Source of the DNA: Methylophaga frappieri | GTDB taxonomy: Bacteria > Pseudomonadota > Gammaproteobacteria > Nitrosococcales > Methylophagaceae | Direction: 5' to 3' | Assembly (NCBI RefSeq): GCF_000260965.1 | Contig: NC_017856.1 | Location: 2,580,001-2,612,000, forward strand | DNA length: 32,000 nucleotides | Position numbers and translations under genes: made by a program | The notes under the pieces: generated by a model | The model's database searches: none | What the model saw: only the letters and a program-made list of their open reading frames with translations | What the model was told of the DNA's origin: nothing | Part shown: one piece after another, positions 18,432 through 27,094 of the stretch | Numbering within the stretch: position 1 is the stretch's first letter | How the letters are laid out: each line of letters opens with the position of its first letter

Positions 18432-20066
18432 ATGGATAGTCTGTTTAAGATTCTGCTTCTCACCATCCCATTTTATGTTTCGGGATGTGCTCAATTTGTT
18501 GAGACTTCTTACGGAAGTGATGGAAACAACTTCTTTATAAAAAATGCTCAACAACAAGACACAGCCAAAGACGCATACTTCAATGGTGACTTTCATGAGG
18601 CAAAGCTGAGTTGGAAGATACTTAAACAGGAGGTAGATTCTCGTTTACCTGAGATGAAATACCCAGCCGCTCTGTACATGGAAGGGGCTAAGTATGAGGC
18701 AAATTCTGCTTATGCCAGTCTCAAAATGGGAGACCTTGCAGAGGGCTATGAAACTTACAGGAAAGTTTTTGAATATATAAATTCAGAAATTAAGAATCAT
18801 AAAAACTACTCAGAAAACCGGGCTCGGGAAATTAGGGGAAGGAAACTTTTCAGTCAGGCTTTGAGCAAAACTATCACAACAGGTTTACTTTTGGCTGCCG
18901 CTGACTCGACACAAGAGCAATCTGTCTTGAACTTAATTCAAGAAGAAGCCGATCGGATCAGTAGTCTATACAATGAGGATAACTTTTTAGTTGATGACCG
19001 AATTTCTGAGTGGTCACTCCCAGAAGCGCCAGGTGCAATTTCAGACGATGGAATAAGAGTTGTGTTCCTGCCCAGTATTGATGAGCCACTTAACATAGGT
19101 AAATTGACTATCAATACATCCCGAGGTGCCTCACGATGCACTGCGACATTAGTCGGAGAAAAGGTTGCACTGACAGCCGCTCATTGCGTTACAGACGGAG
19201 ATGTTTTAGTTAACCCAGCGTCTTTAACACTTGAGTTTTCTGATTTGTATATCCCAGATGTTGTATCTGTTGAACAAATTGTCACACATCAAAATAAGCC
19301 CTTTGAATACGATAAGCTTCACATAAATCTTGAAGCCCAAGATTGGGCATTACTTGAGCTTACCAGACACCCTGTCGGTAGAGGTTACGCTGGTGTTATG
19401 GATCAAACCCAAGTCAGAGATGACTCTAAGGTGATAGCAACTGGGTTTTCAGCTGACCTTAATGATGGCCGCTACCTATCAATGCATTGGGGCTGTGGAA
19501 TCATAGATAGACAGGCACATTACTCGGAGCTCAAGTGCAAAATATCAGGTGGTGCATCAGGGGGGCCAGTATTCACCCTAGATGAGCAGGATAAGATTAT
19601 CGGAGTCAATTCATATGGCCCTGACACAGAAGTGCGTGAGGGCGTGGCCAACACGTCTGACTTCATAGATTTATTGATTGAGTATAGAAAATCAAATCAT
19701 CAGGGTGATTCGATGATCTTAAATAACAAGGTTCTCAGATCTGTCGACGCGGGCTTTTATGACTGGAACACAGATTGTCAGTTGTCAGGCATTTGGGCTG
19801 AAGCTAATAATTCCATTTCAGTAATGCAAGAGACAATTACGGGTGAGGTAAGTGGCAGAAATGTACGGTACCTAGCTCACTCAGGTTATCTTCAACAGCT
19901 TCAACTTACTGGACAAAAAGTTAGAAGCGGGTTTTACGACACGGTCTATGGGTCTGGAAGCAATGTATATGATGTTCGTGGTAGCTACTATGTCCGTACA
20001 AACACCAATTTGATGATCTCAACTAATGGCTATGGCAAGAAGATAGCCCCAATTCTATGTCAATAA
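18432..20066 (+). CDS. Lipoprotein trypsin-fold (S1, V8/Glu-endopeptidase-like) serine protease with a helical N-terminal region and an extra C-terminal beta domain
   Basis: Lipobox FYVSGC. Catalytic triad motifs are LTAAHCV (His), DWALLEL (Asp) and GGASGGPVF (Ser). A GGAGG SD is present. The ~200-aa helical region before the protease domain contains TPR-like segments. Confidence 0.85.
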   Translation: MDSLFKILLLTIPFYVSGCAQFVETSYGSDGNNFFIKNAQQQDTAKDAYFNGDFHEAKLSWKILKQEVDSRLPEMKYPAALYMEGAKYEANSAYASLKMGDLAEGYETYRKVFEYINSEIKNHKNYSENRAREIRGRKLFSQALSKTITTGLLLAAADSTQEQSVLNLIQEEADRISSLYNEDNFLVDDRISEWSLPEAPGAISDDGIRVVFLPSIDEPLNIGKLTINTSRGASRCTATLVGEKVALTAAHCVTDGDVLVNPASLTLEFSDLYIPDVVSVEQIVTHQNKPFEYDKLHINLEAQDWALLELTRHPVGRGYAGVMDQTQVRDDSKVIATGFSADLNDGRYLSMHWGCGIIDRQAHYSELKCKISGGASGGPVFTLDEQDKIIGVNSYGPDTEVREGVANTSDFIDLLIEYRKSNHQGDSMILNNKVLRSVDAGFYDWNTDCQLSGIWAEANNSISVMQETITGEVSGRNVRYLAHSGYLQQLQLTGQKVRSGFYDTVYGSGSNVYDVRGSYYVRTNTNLMISTNGYGKKIAPILCQ

Positions 20067-20398
20067 CTCATCATCTTGCGTAATTTTATGAATCTGAGAT
20101 TTTACAATTATACGGATTTAGTTGTAGTTCATTGATCACTACTTGCGTCGTCTTATTGTTCGCCAACTCTTAAAACCCATGTTTACTGAAGCGGCCTGTG
20201 GGTGTTGCCATTCCAAGCACCTCCTACATATAAACTGGAGACACTACCTAACTGTTTGAAATGGTCTGTGGAAGAGTGGTAGACCCCCTTTGACTGTTCA
20301 TATGGAACTGTTCTGATGCCCAAATAATAGCCACGAATTGTCTACGATAGTCAAAGCAGTCCCAATATGTAATTCACATAATTGAGTTTTAACCTACA

Positions 20399-20908
20399 TC
20401 AGTGTCTAACTTCGTCATAGTAGAGAATTGCCCATCGGTTCTCTAAGCCACCCATGATCAGTTTAAATGTGGTTTCAAGCTCATAGCCACTATTAAAATG
20501 AATGATCATTAAACGAATATCAGACAACCCCTCAACATCGTTCGGGTATGGTGTGCCAAACTGGTCAAGGTGGTGCGGTTCTCCGGGTTGAGGCTCGATC
20601 ACGGCAAGTTCAACCTTGCATGGTCCTGGTTCTTCGAAATCACAAGACAGAATCTCTTCACATTGATCCGAGACTGTTTTGTCATTGAGGCCGTGTGTAA
20701 GTTGGGATAGTGCATCTTGTGAGTTGAGACTATCAGGATAAAGCATCGAGATGCAGACCATGTCACTGGATTCTATCTTATCAGCAATATCAGCCGTGAC
20801 CGGCGAGTGTGTTAGAAATTCAGCCACGGTTGAGAATAGCGAACTTTCAGTCTGAGCAAACACATTACAAGCACTCAGAAGTAGCATCATTGTCACAAGA
20901 AATTTCAT
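20399..20908 (-). CDS. Secreted hypothetical protein
   Basis: An AAGGAG SD lies 7 nt upstream of the ATG at 20908. Signal peptide MKFLVTMMLLLSACNVFA/QT. Several Cys residues; no family recognised. The ORF is open to 20938. Confidence 0.6.
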   Translation of the reverse strand: MKFLVTMMLLLSACNVFAQTESSLFSTVAEFLTHSPVTADIADKIESSDMVCISMLYPDSLNSQDALSQLTHGLNDKTVSDQCEEILSCDFEEPGPCKVELAVIEPQPGEPHHLDQFGTPYPNDVEGLSDIRLMIIHFNSGYELETTFKLIMGGLENRWAILYYDEVRH

Positions 20909-20934
20909 GAATTGCTCCTTGATCATAGCAAGTG

Positions 20935-21282
20935 TCAATCATCAAAACCGCATTCACAGTGATGCTTATAGCAAGAAACCTGGAAGCAATCGGGGCATAT
21001 CTCCAAGTTGTCGAGCTTGAATCGATCACCGCAAACGCTGCAGCAAAGCTTTCTGTTGATAAAAGCCGTGTAATCCAATCCCACAGCTGCTCTTTTCATC
21101 CAATAGGCGCTTACCATCTTCTTCAACTCTGATTCGTCTATGGTTGAGTGCTGTGTCATGTAAAGCTCTGCGGCCAAAACAATGACAGGGCTGAGCTCCT
21201 CAAGAACTAATTGACCCTCATCGCTGATTTCAGAACACAGCCTAATGATCTTTAATGCAGATGGTGAATGAACCCGGGTCAT
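20935..21282 (-). CDS. Cytoplasmic hypothetical protein with a C-terminal Cys-rich (zinc-ribbon-like) motif
   Basis: No signal peptide. The C-terminus reads CCSVCGDRFKLDNLEICPDCFQVSCYKHHCECG. The ATG at 21282 forms an ATGA overlap with the stop of the upstream gene. The ORF is open to 21309. Confidence 0.55.
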   Translation of the reverse strand: MTRVHSPSALKIIRLCSEISDEGQLVLEELSPVIVLAAELYMTQHSTIDESELKKMVSAYWMKRAAVGLDYTAFINRKLCCSVCGDRFKLDNLEICPDCFQVSCYKHHCECGFDD

Positions 21283-21845
21283 GGACGCTGTGATTTGATT
21301 CGAGTGCATTCACCGTATGATGAGGTGATATGGTTATCAGTAAAAGGTCGTTGGGTCTGCTGATAGTGACCCAGCCCGCCATCAAACCTGATCTCTAGCA
21401 GGTGATCTGATTGGCATTGAATGGTGTCTTCATTGCTGCCGTTGACGTTGATCTTGCAGGCTGCCATTTCTACCGCTTGCCCGATGGTATGTAACTCATA
21501 ACATCGGCTGTAATTCATGATATGGAGGTGACCCATTTTACTGGAGAGGTGGTCAGGCATGTGATCACTACCTCGAAATAATGCGAGACAAGCTAACTGG
21601 TCAGTCTCTGTCATTGAGTTATGATTGAGCTGTCTTAGCGTGATGTCATCACCACCAAGCTGGAAACTGCCTTCAGCGCCCACTACAGCGGTTTGTTTTG
21701 GTGTGCATGCTATAGAGGCGTATCCTAAATCGGGCAGGCTCAAGTCTCTATCAGACATGAAGGCGGCCCAATCCAACTGCTTAGAGAGAGCGGTTACAGG
21801 GCTAATAATACAGAGCAGACATATGCTGAGAGTTAGGTTTTTCAT
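21279..21845 (-). CDS. Secreted hypothetical protein
   Basis: Signal peptide MKNLTLSICLLCIISPVTALS/KQ. Eight Cys residues in the mature part. The ORF extends to a TTG at 21869. Confidence 0.6.
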   Translation of the reverse strand: MKNLTLSICLLCIISPVTALSKQLDWAAFMSDRDLSLPDLGYASIACTPKQTAVVGAEGSFQLGGDDITLRQLNHNSMTETDQLACLALFRGSDHMPDHLSSKMGHLHIMNYSRCYELHTIGQAVEMAACKINVNGSNEDTIQCQSDHLLEIRFDGGLGHYQQTQRPFTDNHITSSYGECTRIKSQRP

Positions 21846-21893
21846 ACAATGCCCAATCCTTTTGAACAATCTATTACTTGTTGATAAGCGGCT

Positions 21894-22427
21894 TCATGAG
21901 ATGTAAGTGTTGATGGCATTGAGTGTCAGCCACCATCCTGGCAGGATTTCAAGCAAAAGAAATGTGAGACCTTCTTTTTGCAGCACGCTGACACCAATGT
22001 CCACGTTAACCTCATAAAACCTGTCGTTGACCAGCCATTTAATTAGATTTCCCAGTGTGCTTAATTTTTCATCATCGAGTGCTTTTTTATGCACCTGGAT
22101 AAAAACTGGAGGAGGACTTTTGGCTGGTGTTTTAGCATCCGTGTATAGCTCATCTGAAAAGATGATCGCTTGATTTCCATGCCTAAAATTCTCTGCATGC
22201 TGCCTGCCGGCATCAACGTATATGATGGCGTTGTCTTTGTCGAAATAGTTATCCCTGGTGAGCTTTGGTAAAGCTTCCAAGAGGTGAACGATGAGCTCAT
22301 GGCTGACAACATTCTTTGCGCTCTCTGCTCTTTCAGATCGAGACACCGTCAGAAAACTGGTGATTAGCATCAAGGCTAATAACGCACAGATTAAAAGAGA
22401 CCTATGGCTCCTAGTAGGTATCTTCAT
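21894..22427 (-). CDS. Secreted or membrane-anchored hypothetical protein
   Basis: N-terminal MKIPTRSHRSLLICALLALMLITSFLTVS is a signal or anchor sequence. The gene starts 16 nt after the SDR stop codon. No family recognised. Confidence 0.6.
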   Translation of the reverse strand: MKIPTRSHRSLLICALLALMLITSFLTVSRSERAESAKNVVSHELIVHLLEALPKLTRDNYFDKDNAIIYVDAGRQHAENFRHGNQAIIFSDELYTDAKTPAKSPPPVFIQVHKKALDDEKLSTLGNLIKWLVNDRFYEVNVDIGVSVLQKEGLTFLLLEILPGWWLTLNAINTYIS

Positions 22428-22443
22428 GGAATTACATATCCTA

Positions 22444-23241
22444 TCAAGAGCTACGACGATACCCAGTTACTGTCATCAGCCACTGCACGACACTTGGAAA
22501 CATAAAATGCTGCCAGCAGACTGTTTTCATCATAAAAGGGATCACAATTCGTCGTTTGTTCTTTTCGATACCTTTTACAATAGCCTTAGCTACCTGCTCA
22601 GGAGTGAGGTTAGGAATCATTTTTGCAATTTTGGGTACACGCTCTCTGCTTCCAGGGTTGTGTTGCCAGTATTCAGATTCGACCACGCCACTCTCAAATA
22701 GAGTTACGCCAATATCTTTGCCATACAAGTCAGCACGTAATGCTTCATTGAAGCCTTTCATGGCCCATCTGGCAGCATGGTAAGCGGTAGCGCCTGGCCA
22801 CACAAAACGAGAGCTCACAGAGCTAATATTCACAATATGACCGCAGTTGCGCCTGCGCATTTCAGGAAGAAAAGCCCGAGTAAGGTTAAAGGCCGCAAAG
22901 TAGGGAACTTCCATCATCTGCCAGGCTTCATCAGCACTGGTCTCCTGAATATCTTTCCATTGTCCTCGTCCAGCATTATTGATCAGGATGTCAGGTGTGC
23001 CTATCTCAGTGTTGATTTGCTTGGCAACATTTTCGACCATCTCGGCATCTGCAAGGTCAAGTGCATAATAGTGTGCATCCCCACCGGAGGCTTTAATTTC
23101 TGACTGAACCTCTTTTAGGCGGGCCTCATTTCTTGCAAGGAGAATGACTCTAGCTCCTTTCCTTGCCAGCTCTTTTGCCGTGGCGGCACCAATACCGCTC
23201 GATGCCCCTGTCACTATTGCTGTTTTGGCGTTCAAATTCAT
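22444..23241 (-). CDS. Short-chain dehydrogenase/reductase (classical SDR) with a hydrophobic C-terminal tail
   Basis: TGASSGIGAATA (TGxxxGxG), NNAG and ISS are present. The active-site region reads AYHAARWAMKGF, where Arg sits at the position of the YxxxK Lys. Confidence 0.9.
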   Translation of the reverse strand: MNLNAKTAIVTGASSGIGAATAKELARKGARVILLARNEARLKEVQSEIKASGGDAHYYALDLADAEMVENVAKQINTEIGTPDILINNAGRGQWKDIQETSADEAWQMMEVPYFAAFNLTRAFLPEMRRRNCGHIVNISSVSSRFVWPGATAYHAARWAMKGFNEALRADLYGKDIGVTLFESGVVESEYWQHNPGSRERVPKIAKMIPNLTPEQVAKAIVKGIEKNKRRIVIPFMMKTVCWQHFMFPSVVQWLMTVTGYRRSS

Positions 23242-23332
23242 CTAGTTTCTCCAGAACTAATGCTCACATGACTTTTCTCAGCACTTAGGTATCTTTTCTG
23301 ATTCCTTGAGATGGCCTTGTAGACATAATTTC

Positions 23333-24607
23333 TCATTCGGATGGACGCAGCTCTGTTAGATGCTCTGGCTCGGTTAGCTTGCGTAATCTGACTAGAGCGT
23401 CATAAAACATTGAGCTAGATGCTCCCAATGCCTTTGAACCGTCATCAAGTGGCGTTCTGGAGTATCCTGCGCCGCTTTGGACTCTGTAGCCAGCAGCATT
23501 TACGCCTATTACTGTCGGATTTTGAGGAATTGATGACATCAAAAGAATCGGTGAGCCAGATGAGCCGCCCCAAGTCACACATGTGTAATCATGTTGCCCC
23601 ATGATTCCCTGTCCCTTGCGGAGTTCACAACCCCAGTCAAGAGACATCAATTGTCCCTGGTTGAGATCCCCAGAGTAACCACCTATGGCGATTTTGGTTC
23701 CACTATCGAGTTGAGATGTTTCCGGCATAACATCAAGGTAGCCTCTACCATATGGGTGTCTATCAAGTACCAAAATGGCCCAGTCATGCTTTGTTTCTTT
23801 CGTATAATCGCCCTTTGAGCGAACTACCTCTTTGATATTGACGCTGTCCGGATGCCTGAGCGAATCAAACAGTAGCACACCCTCTTGCCAGACATCATTG
23901 CCTTGCTCGTTTTCAACACAATGCTTGTTAGTCAGTGCCAATCGATAACCAACGAGAGAAGCTGTGCACCAACCGCTTTGATTTTTAAATTTGGCCACAT
24001 GAAAGAGGGCGTTGGTAGTGGGGACAACAACTAAGCGGACACCATCGTGCTCGGGTCGTTTCTGACCCATTAGCTCTGGAGAGTTGATGTTTTTGAGACC
24101 CTCTATACTGGTGTCGATGAGCTTGTTCCCTAGCTCAAAATACACGCTGTTTAAAATAGAAGAGCCAGATGATGTCGCCGCTTGAAGCTGAAGCAATGCT
24201 CCCATCACCTGCGTGTTGTATTCACCGGTAGATTTATTCAGCCGAACCATTTCAGCCTCATCTTCCTGGAATTGATTAAAGGCATTCAGATACATCTCCC
24301 TCGCTTTTATTGGATACCCTTGAAGCAGCAGGCTCCAGGCGGAGAAGAGGTCAATCTTCATACTATCGACGTAATAACTCCCAGTGTAGTAATTTTCTCC
24401 AGAAGGTAGAGAATTTCTGGCTGACGCAATCAATTGATCGACCGTGTCGTAATCACGCTCTATAAGGGCGGTATCTATGCCATCAAACTTTGCCTCTAAA
24501 GTACTTTTGATTACCTCATGTTGATCGACTTCCAGGACTCTAAGCTCTTTTGTACACGCTGATGCGAGCAAAACAAGCAAAATAGGGATAATTCGAGATT
24601 TCATCAT
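23333..24607 (-). CDS. Lipoprotein trypsin-fold (S1) serine protease, paralogue of 18432..20066
   Basis: Signal/lipobox LLVLLASAC. Triad motifs are LTNKHCV, DWAILVL and GGSSGSPIL. It shares DG(I/V)R(V/L)V..P...CTA(T/S)LVG...ALT..HCV with the other protease. A GGAGA SD lies inside the upstream gene's 3' end, and TAATG overlaps that gene's stop. The ORF is open to 24622. Confidence 0.85.
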   Translation of the reverse strand: MMKSRIIPILLVLLASACTKELRVLEVDQHEVIKSTLEAKFDGIDTALIERDYDTVDQLIASARNSLPSGENYYTGSYYVDSMKIDLFSAWSLLLQGYPIKAREMYLNAFNQFQEDEAEMVRLNKSTGEYNTQVMGALLQLQAATSSGSSILNSVYFELGNKLIDTSIEGLKNINSPELMGQKRPEHDGVRLVVVPTTNALFHVAKFKNQSGWCTASLVGYRLALTNKHCVENEQGNDVWQEGVLLFDSLRHPDSVNIKEVVRSKGDYTKETKHDWAILVLDRHPYGRGYLDVMPETSQLDSGTKIAIGGYSGDLNQGQLMSLDWGCELRKGQGIMGQHDYTCVTWGGSSGSPILLMSSIPQNPTVIGVNAAGYRVQSGAGYSRTPLDDGSKALGASSSMFYDALVRLRKLTEPEHLTELRPSE

Positions 24608-25077
24608 TAATCTCCTTTGCAAGGCAATGCTCGAACTTTAGAGAGATAAACTGTATGTTTTCTGTTCACATAGAATGGCAAGAAAGTATCTGTAGTTTCA
24701 TATTTTGCCTCATCAATAGCTGGGAATTGTTCAATGGCTATCTCGTACTTAGTACCTTCACCAGCCCAACCATAACCATTCCTGATCGTACCTTCCCATC
24801 GATTGGTAACTCCATTCCAACCTCCTTTGAAATCCCTTAAGGTGTGACTATCACCGAGGGTGTTGAAGTGTTTTCCTTTGAGCTCAAGTTTATCCCCCAG
24901 AACCGTGATCACTGCACTGCCTCCAGTGTATGCAGCCCCTTTAATTGTCCAGACCCCGGATAAATAGCATTTATTGAATGCGCCATCGGGGTCATATTTA
25001 TTCAATATTGGTGAAGCCAAGCTCGAATGAGACGAAAAAGCCAATATGGCTGAGATAATAGAAACTCCAATCTTCAT
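24607..25077 (-). CDS. Secreted hypothetical beta-rich protein, first gene of the minus-strand operon
   Basis: A GAGGG SD precedes the ATG at 25077. Signal peptide MKIGVSIISAILAFSSHSSLA/SP. The mature part begins with ...CYLSGVWTIKG and ends with ...LPC. The ORF is open to 25113. Confidence 0.65.
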   Translation of the reverse strand: MKIGVSIISAILAFSSHSSLASPILNKYDPDGAFNKCYLSGVWTIKGAAYTGGSAVITVLGDKLELKGKHFNTLGDSHTLRDFKGGWNGVTNRWEGTIRNGYGWAGEGTKYEIAIEQFPAIDEAKYETTDTFLPFYVNRKHTVYLSKVRALPCKGD

Positions 25078-25156
25078 AGGTGCCCTCGCATGACTTTCTG
25101 AACCTGTTGACATATTTATGTTGAAAAAAAGTTTGCGGTATTATGAAAAAAAATAG

Positions 25157-25175
25157 CAGTTAGAAACGGTTACAA
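25157..25175 (-). promoter_or_regulatory. Cluster motif copy B (minus strand reads tTGTAACcGTTtCTAACTg), upstream of the operon starting at 25077
   Basis: 15 of 19 positions match the exact 19-mer. A GTTAC pentamer (minus-strand reading of 25183-25187) starts 14 nt upstream of the motif's GTAAC. The site lies in the divergent intergenic region shared with the regulator gene. Confidence 0.5.
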
Positions 25176-25225
25176 ACTTGGTGTAACCTTGTTACAAGGG
25201 TGGTTCAGAGTGGTCAGGGATTGTA

Positions 25226-26797
25226 ATGGTTGTTCTAGAGGAAATAGATAAAGACAGAGTCCGAGAGCATGCAGAAAAAATCTTAGCAAGCCGGTACTTT
25301 TCGAATTCAACACGTCAGCAACGATTTCTTAAATATTTAGTCAGTCAATCCTTAAGTGATGACGCTCCATCTCTCAAGGGCTATACGATTGGGATAGAGG
25401 TTTTCGATAGAGAACCAGACTTTGATCCTGGAGTGGATTCCATTGTCAGGGTTGAGGCCACTCGAATTCGAAACAAGCTCAGGGAATATTACGAAAAGGA
25501 AGGGGCTCAAGATGAGGTTCGAATCCATTTTCGAAAGGGCACATATAAACTTGAATTTACTATTGGCTCACAAACCCCGGAACGGGTCACTCCAGAAGAA
25601 AATACTGAACCAGAAACCATATCAAGTAAACCATCTTTAGTTGTCCTTCCTTTTGTATCAATCGGTCCAGATAATTCCCGCGACTACTTTGCCGATGGCA
25701 TAACTGACAGTTTGATCTCCCTGCTGGCGAGGTTGTCGGGTTTGTTCGTTATATCAAGACAATCTGCTTTTACTTACAAGGATACTCTTAAGACATCCAA
25801 TGAAATTGCTACAGAATTGGGTGTTCAATATTTACTAGAAGGCAGCCTCCAACACGCCGGTGATCGTGTTCGAATAGCTGCTCGTTTGGTCAATGCTGAT
25901 AATAGCTCACACATTTGGTCAGAAAGGTATGATTGTGACCTGACAGATATATTTGCTTTACAAGACGAAATAACAAAGCAGATAGTCGATGCCTTAAAAG
26001 TTCAATTGACAAGGAAAGAAGATAAGCTCTTTGGAGTTAAAGCAACAAATAATATTGATGCTCACGACATGCTGTTGAGAGCTGTTGCTATCTACTATAA
26101 GTATTCAAAAGAGAGTACTGAGCAATCAATAGAGCTACTTCAACAGGTTATAGAGCTGGATGAAAACTATGTTGCTGGACACGCATGGTTAGCCCGGGCG
26201 TTGTCATTTATGTGGTCAATGCACTGGTGCCGAGAGCGTTCAATATTAAATAGGGCTATTGATTCTGCAAGTAAAGCGCTTGAACTAGATCCCCAATCGC
26301 CATATGCAAACTCGGTTATGGGCTGGGTATTGATGTGGCGTTTGGATGAGGCTTCATCGATTTCGTACTGTAAAAAAGCCGTATCGTTAGATCCAAACAA
26401 TGCAGAAGCTCTGTTGTTTCTGTCTATGACTCTATCTTCTGCTGGCCTGGGCGAAGATGCTCTGGAGAGCGCAAAAAAAGCGATGCGCTTCACACCAACC
26501 TCCGCACCGTTTTATCAGTACGCCTTGGGTAATGCTTATTACGTGCTCAAGGAATATAAAAAATCATTAGACGCCTATGAGCATGGCATTAAATTAAACA
26601 CCAATTTTTTACCAAATCATTATGGGCAATTATGTGCCTTTGAACGATTGGGTAGGCAGGAAGAGATTACTAAAAAGTTGGTAGCTTATGAACAACTCAG
26701 AAACCTTATTGAGTTGGCTGACAATCCAATTTGGACCAGTGATGAAATTCTCACAGAAGTAAAGCAAATACGAAAAAAACTGTTTGCTGAAAAATGA
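25226..26797 (+). CDS. Soluble transcriptional regulator: OmpR/CadC-type winged-helix region, TolB-N-like domain and C-terminal TPR repeats
   Basis: The N-terminal part reads RQQRFLKYLV....LKGYTIGIEVF......DSIVRVEATRIRNKLREYY....VRIHFRKGTYKLEF, a trans_reg_C-like wing pattern. It is followed by PSLVVLPFVSIG...DYFADGITDSLISLLARLSGLFVISRQS. Several TPR-like units follow (e.g. ALGNAYYVLKEYKKSLDAYEHGIKLNTNF). No TM segment was seen. Confidence 0.7.
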   Translation: MVVLEEIDKDRVREHAEKILASRYFSNSTRQQRFLKYLVSQSLSDDAPSLKGYTIGIEVFDREPDFDPGVDSIVRVEATRIRNKLREYYEKEGAQDEVRIHFRKGTYKLEFTIGSQTPERVTPEENTEPETISSKPSLVVLPFVSIGPDNSRDYFADGITDSLISLLARLSGLFVISRQSAFTYKDTLKTSNEIATELGVQYLLEGSLQHAGDRVRIAARLVNADNSSHIWSERYDCDLTDIFALQDEITKQIVDALKVQLTRKEDKLFGVKATNNIDAHDMLLRAVAIYYKYSKESTEQSIELLQQVIELDENYVAGHAWLARALSFMWSMHWCRERSILNRAIDSASKALELDPQSPYANSVMGWVLMWRLDEASSISYCKKAVSLDPNNAEALLFLSMTLSSAGLGEDALESAKKAMRFTPTSAPFYQYALGNAYYVLKEYKKSLDAYEHGIKLNTNFLPNHYGQLCAFERLGRQEEITKKLVAYEQLRNLIELADNPIWTSDEILTEVKQIRKKLFAEK

Positions 26798-26827
26798 GGA
26801 TTTACTCTTGATGAGAGTCAGTCTCAG

Positions 26828-27094
26828 ATGGTGAAAAGAATTAATGTGATGAAGTTAGCCTTGTTTATTCTTGCACTTGTAATAGTTGCTGGCGGTTTTG
26901 CAATCTTCATTGAAGTGCAAACTTCAGCAAAAACTGTCTATGCTGATGATGATTCTTCCCATCCACTATCTGATATTACTGATGAGGAGTTTTATGAAAT
27001 CCAAGCAGAAATTGCAAGATTAGAAGCTGAAGCTGCGAAGTTGATCGAAGAGGGTCAGTCGACAAATGAGGAAAAACAGGGGGTAGAAGAATAG
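26828..27094 (+). CDS. Small membrane-anchored/secreted acidic coiled-coil protein
   Basis: An N-terminal hydrophobic helix (KLALFILALVIVAGGFAIFI) is followed by a D/E-rich helix (EEFYEIQAEIARLEAEAAKLIEEG). An alternative start lies at 26849. Confidence 0.5.
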   Translation: MVKRINVMKLALFILALVIVAGGFAIFIEVQTSAKTVYADDDSSHPLSDITDEEFYEIQAEIARLEAEAAKLIEEGQSTNEEKQGVEE

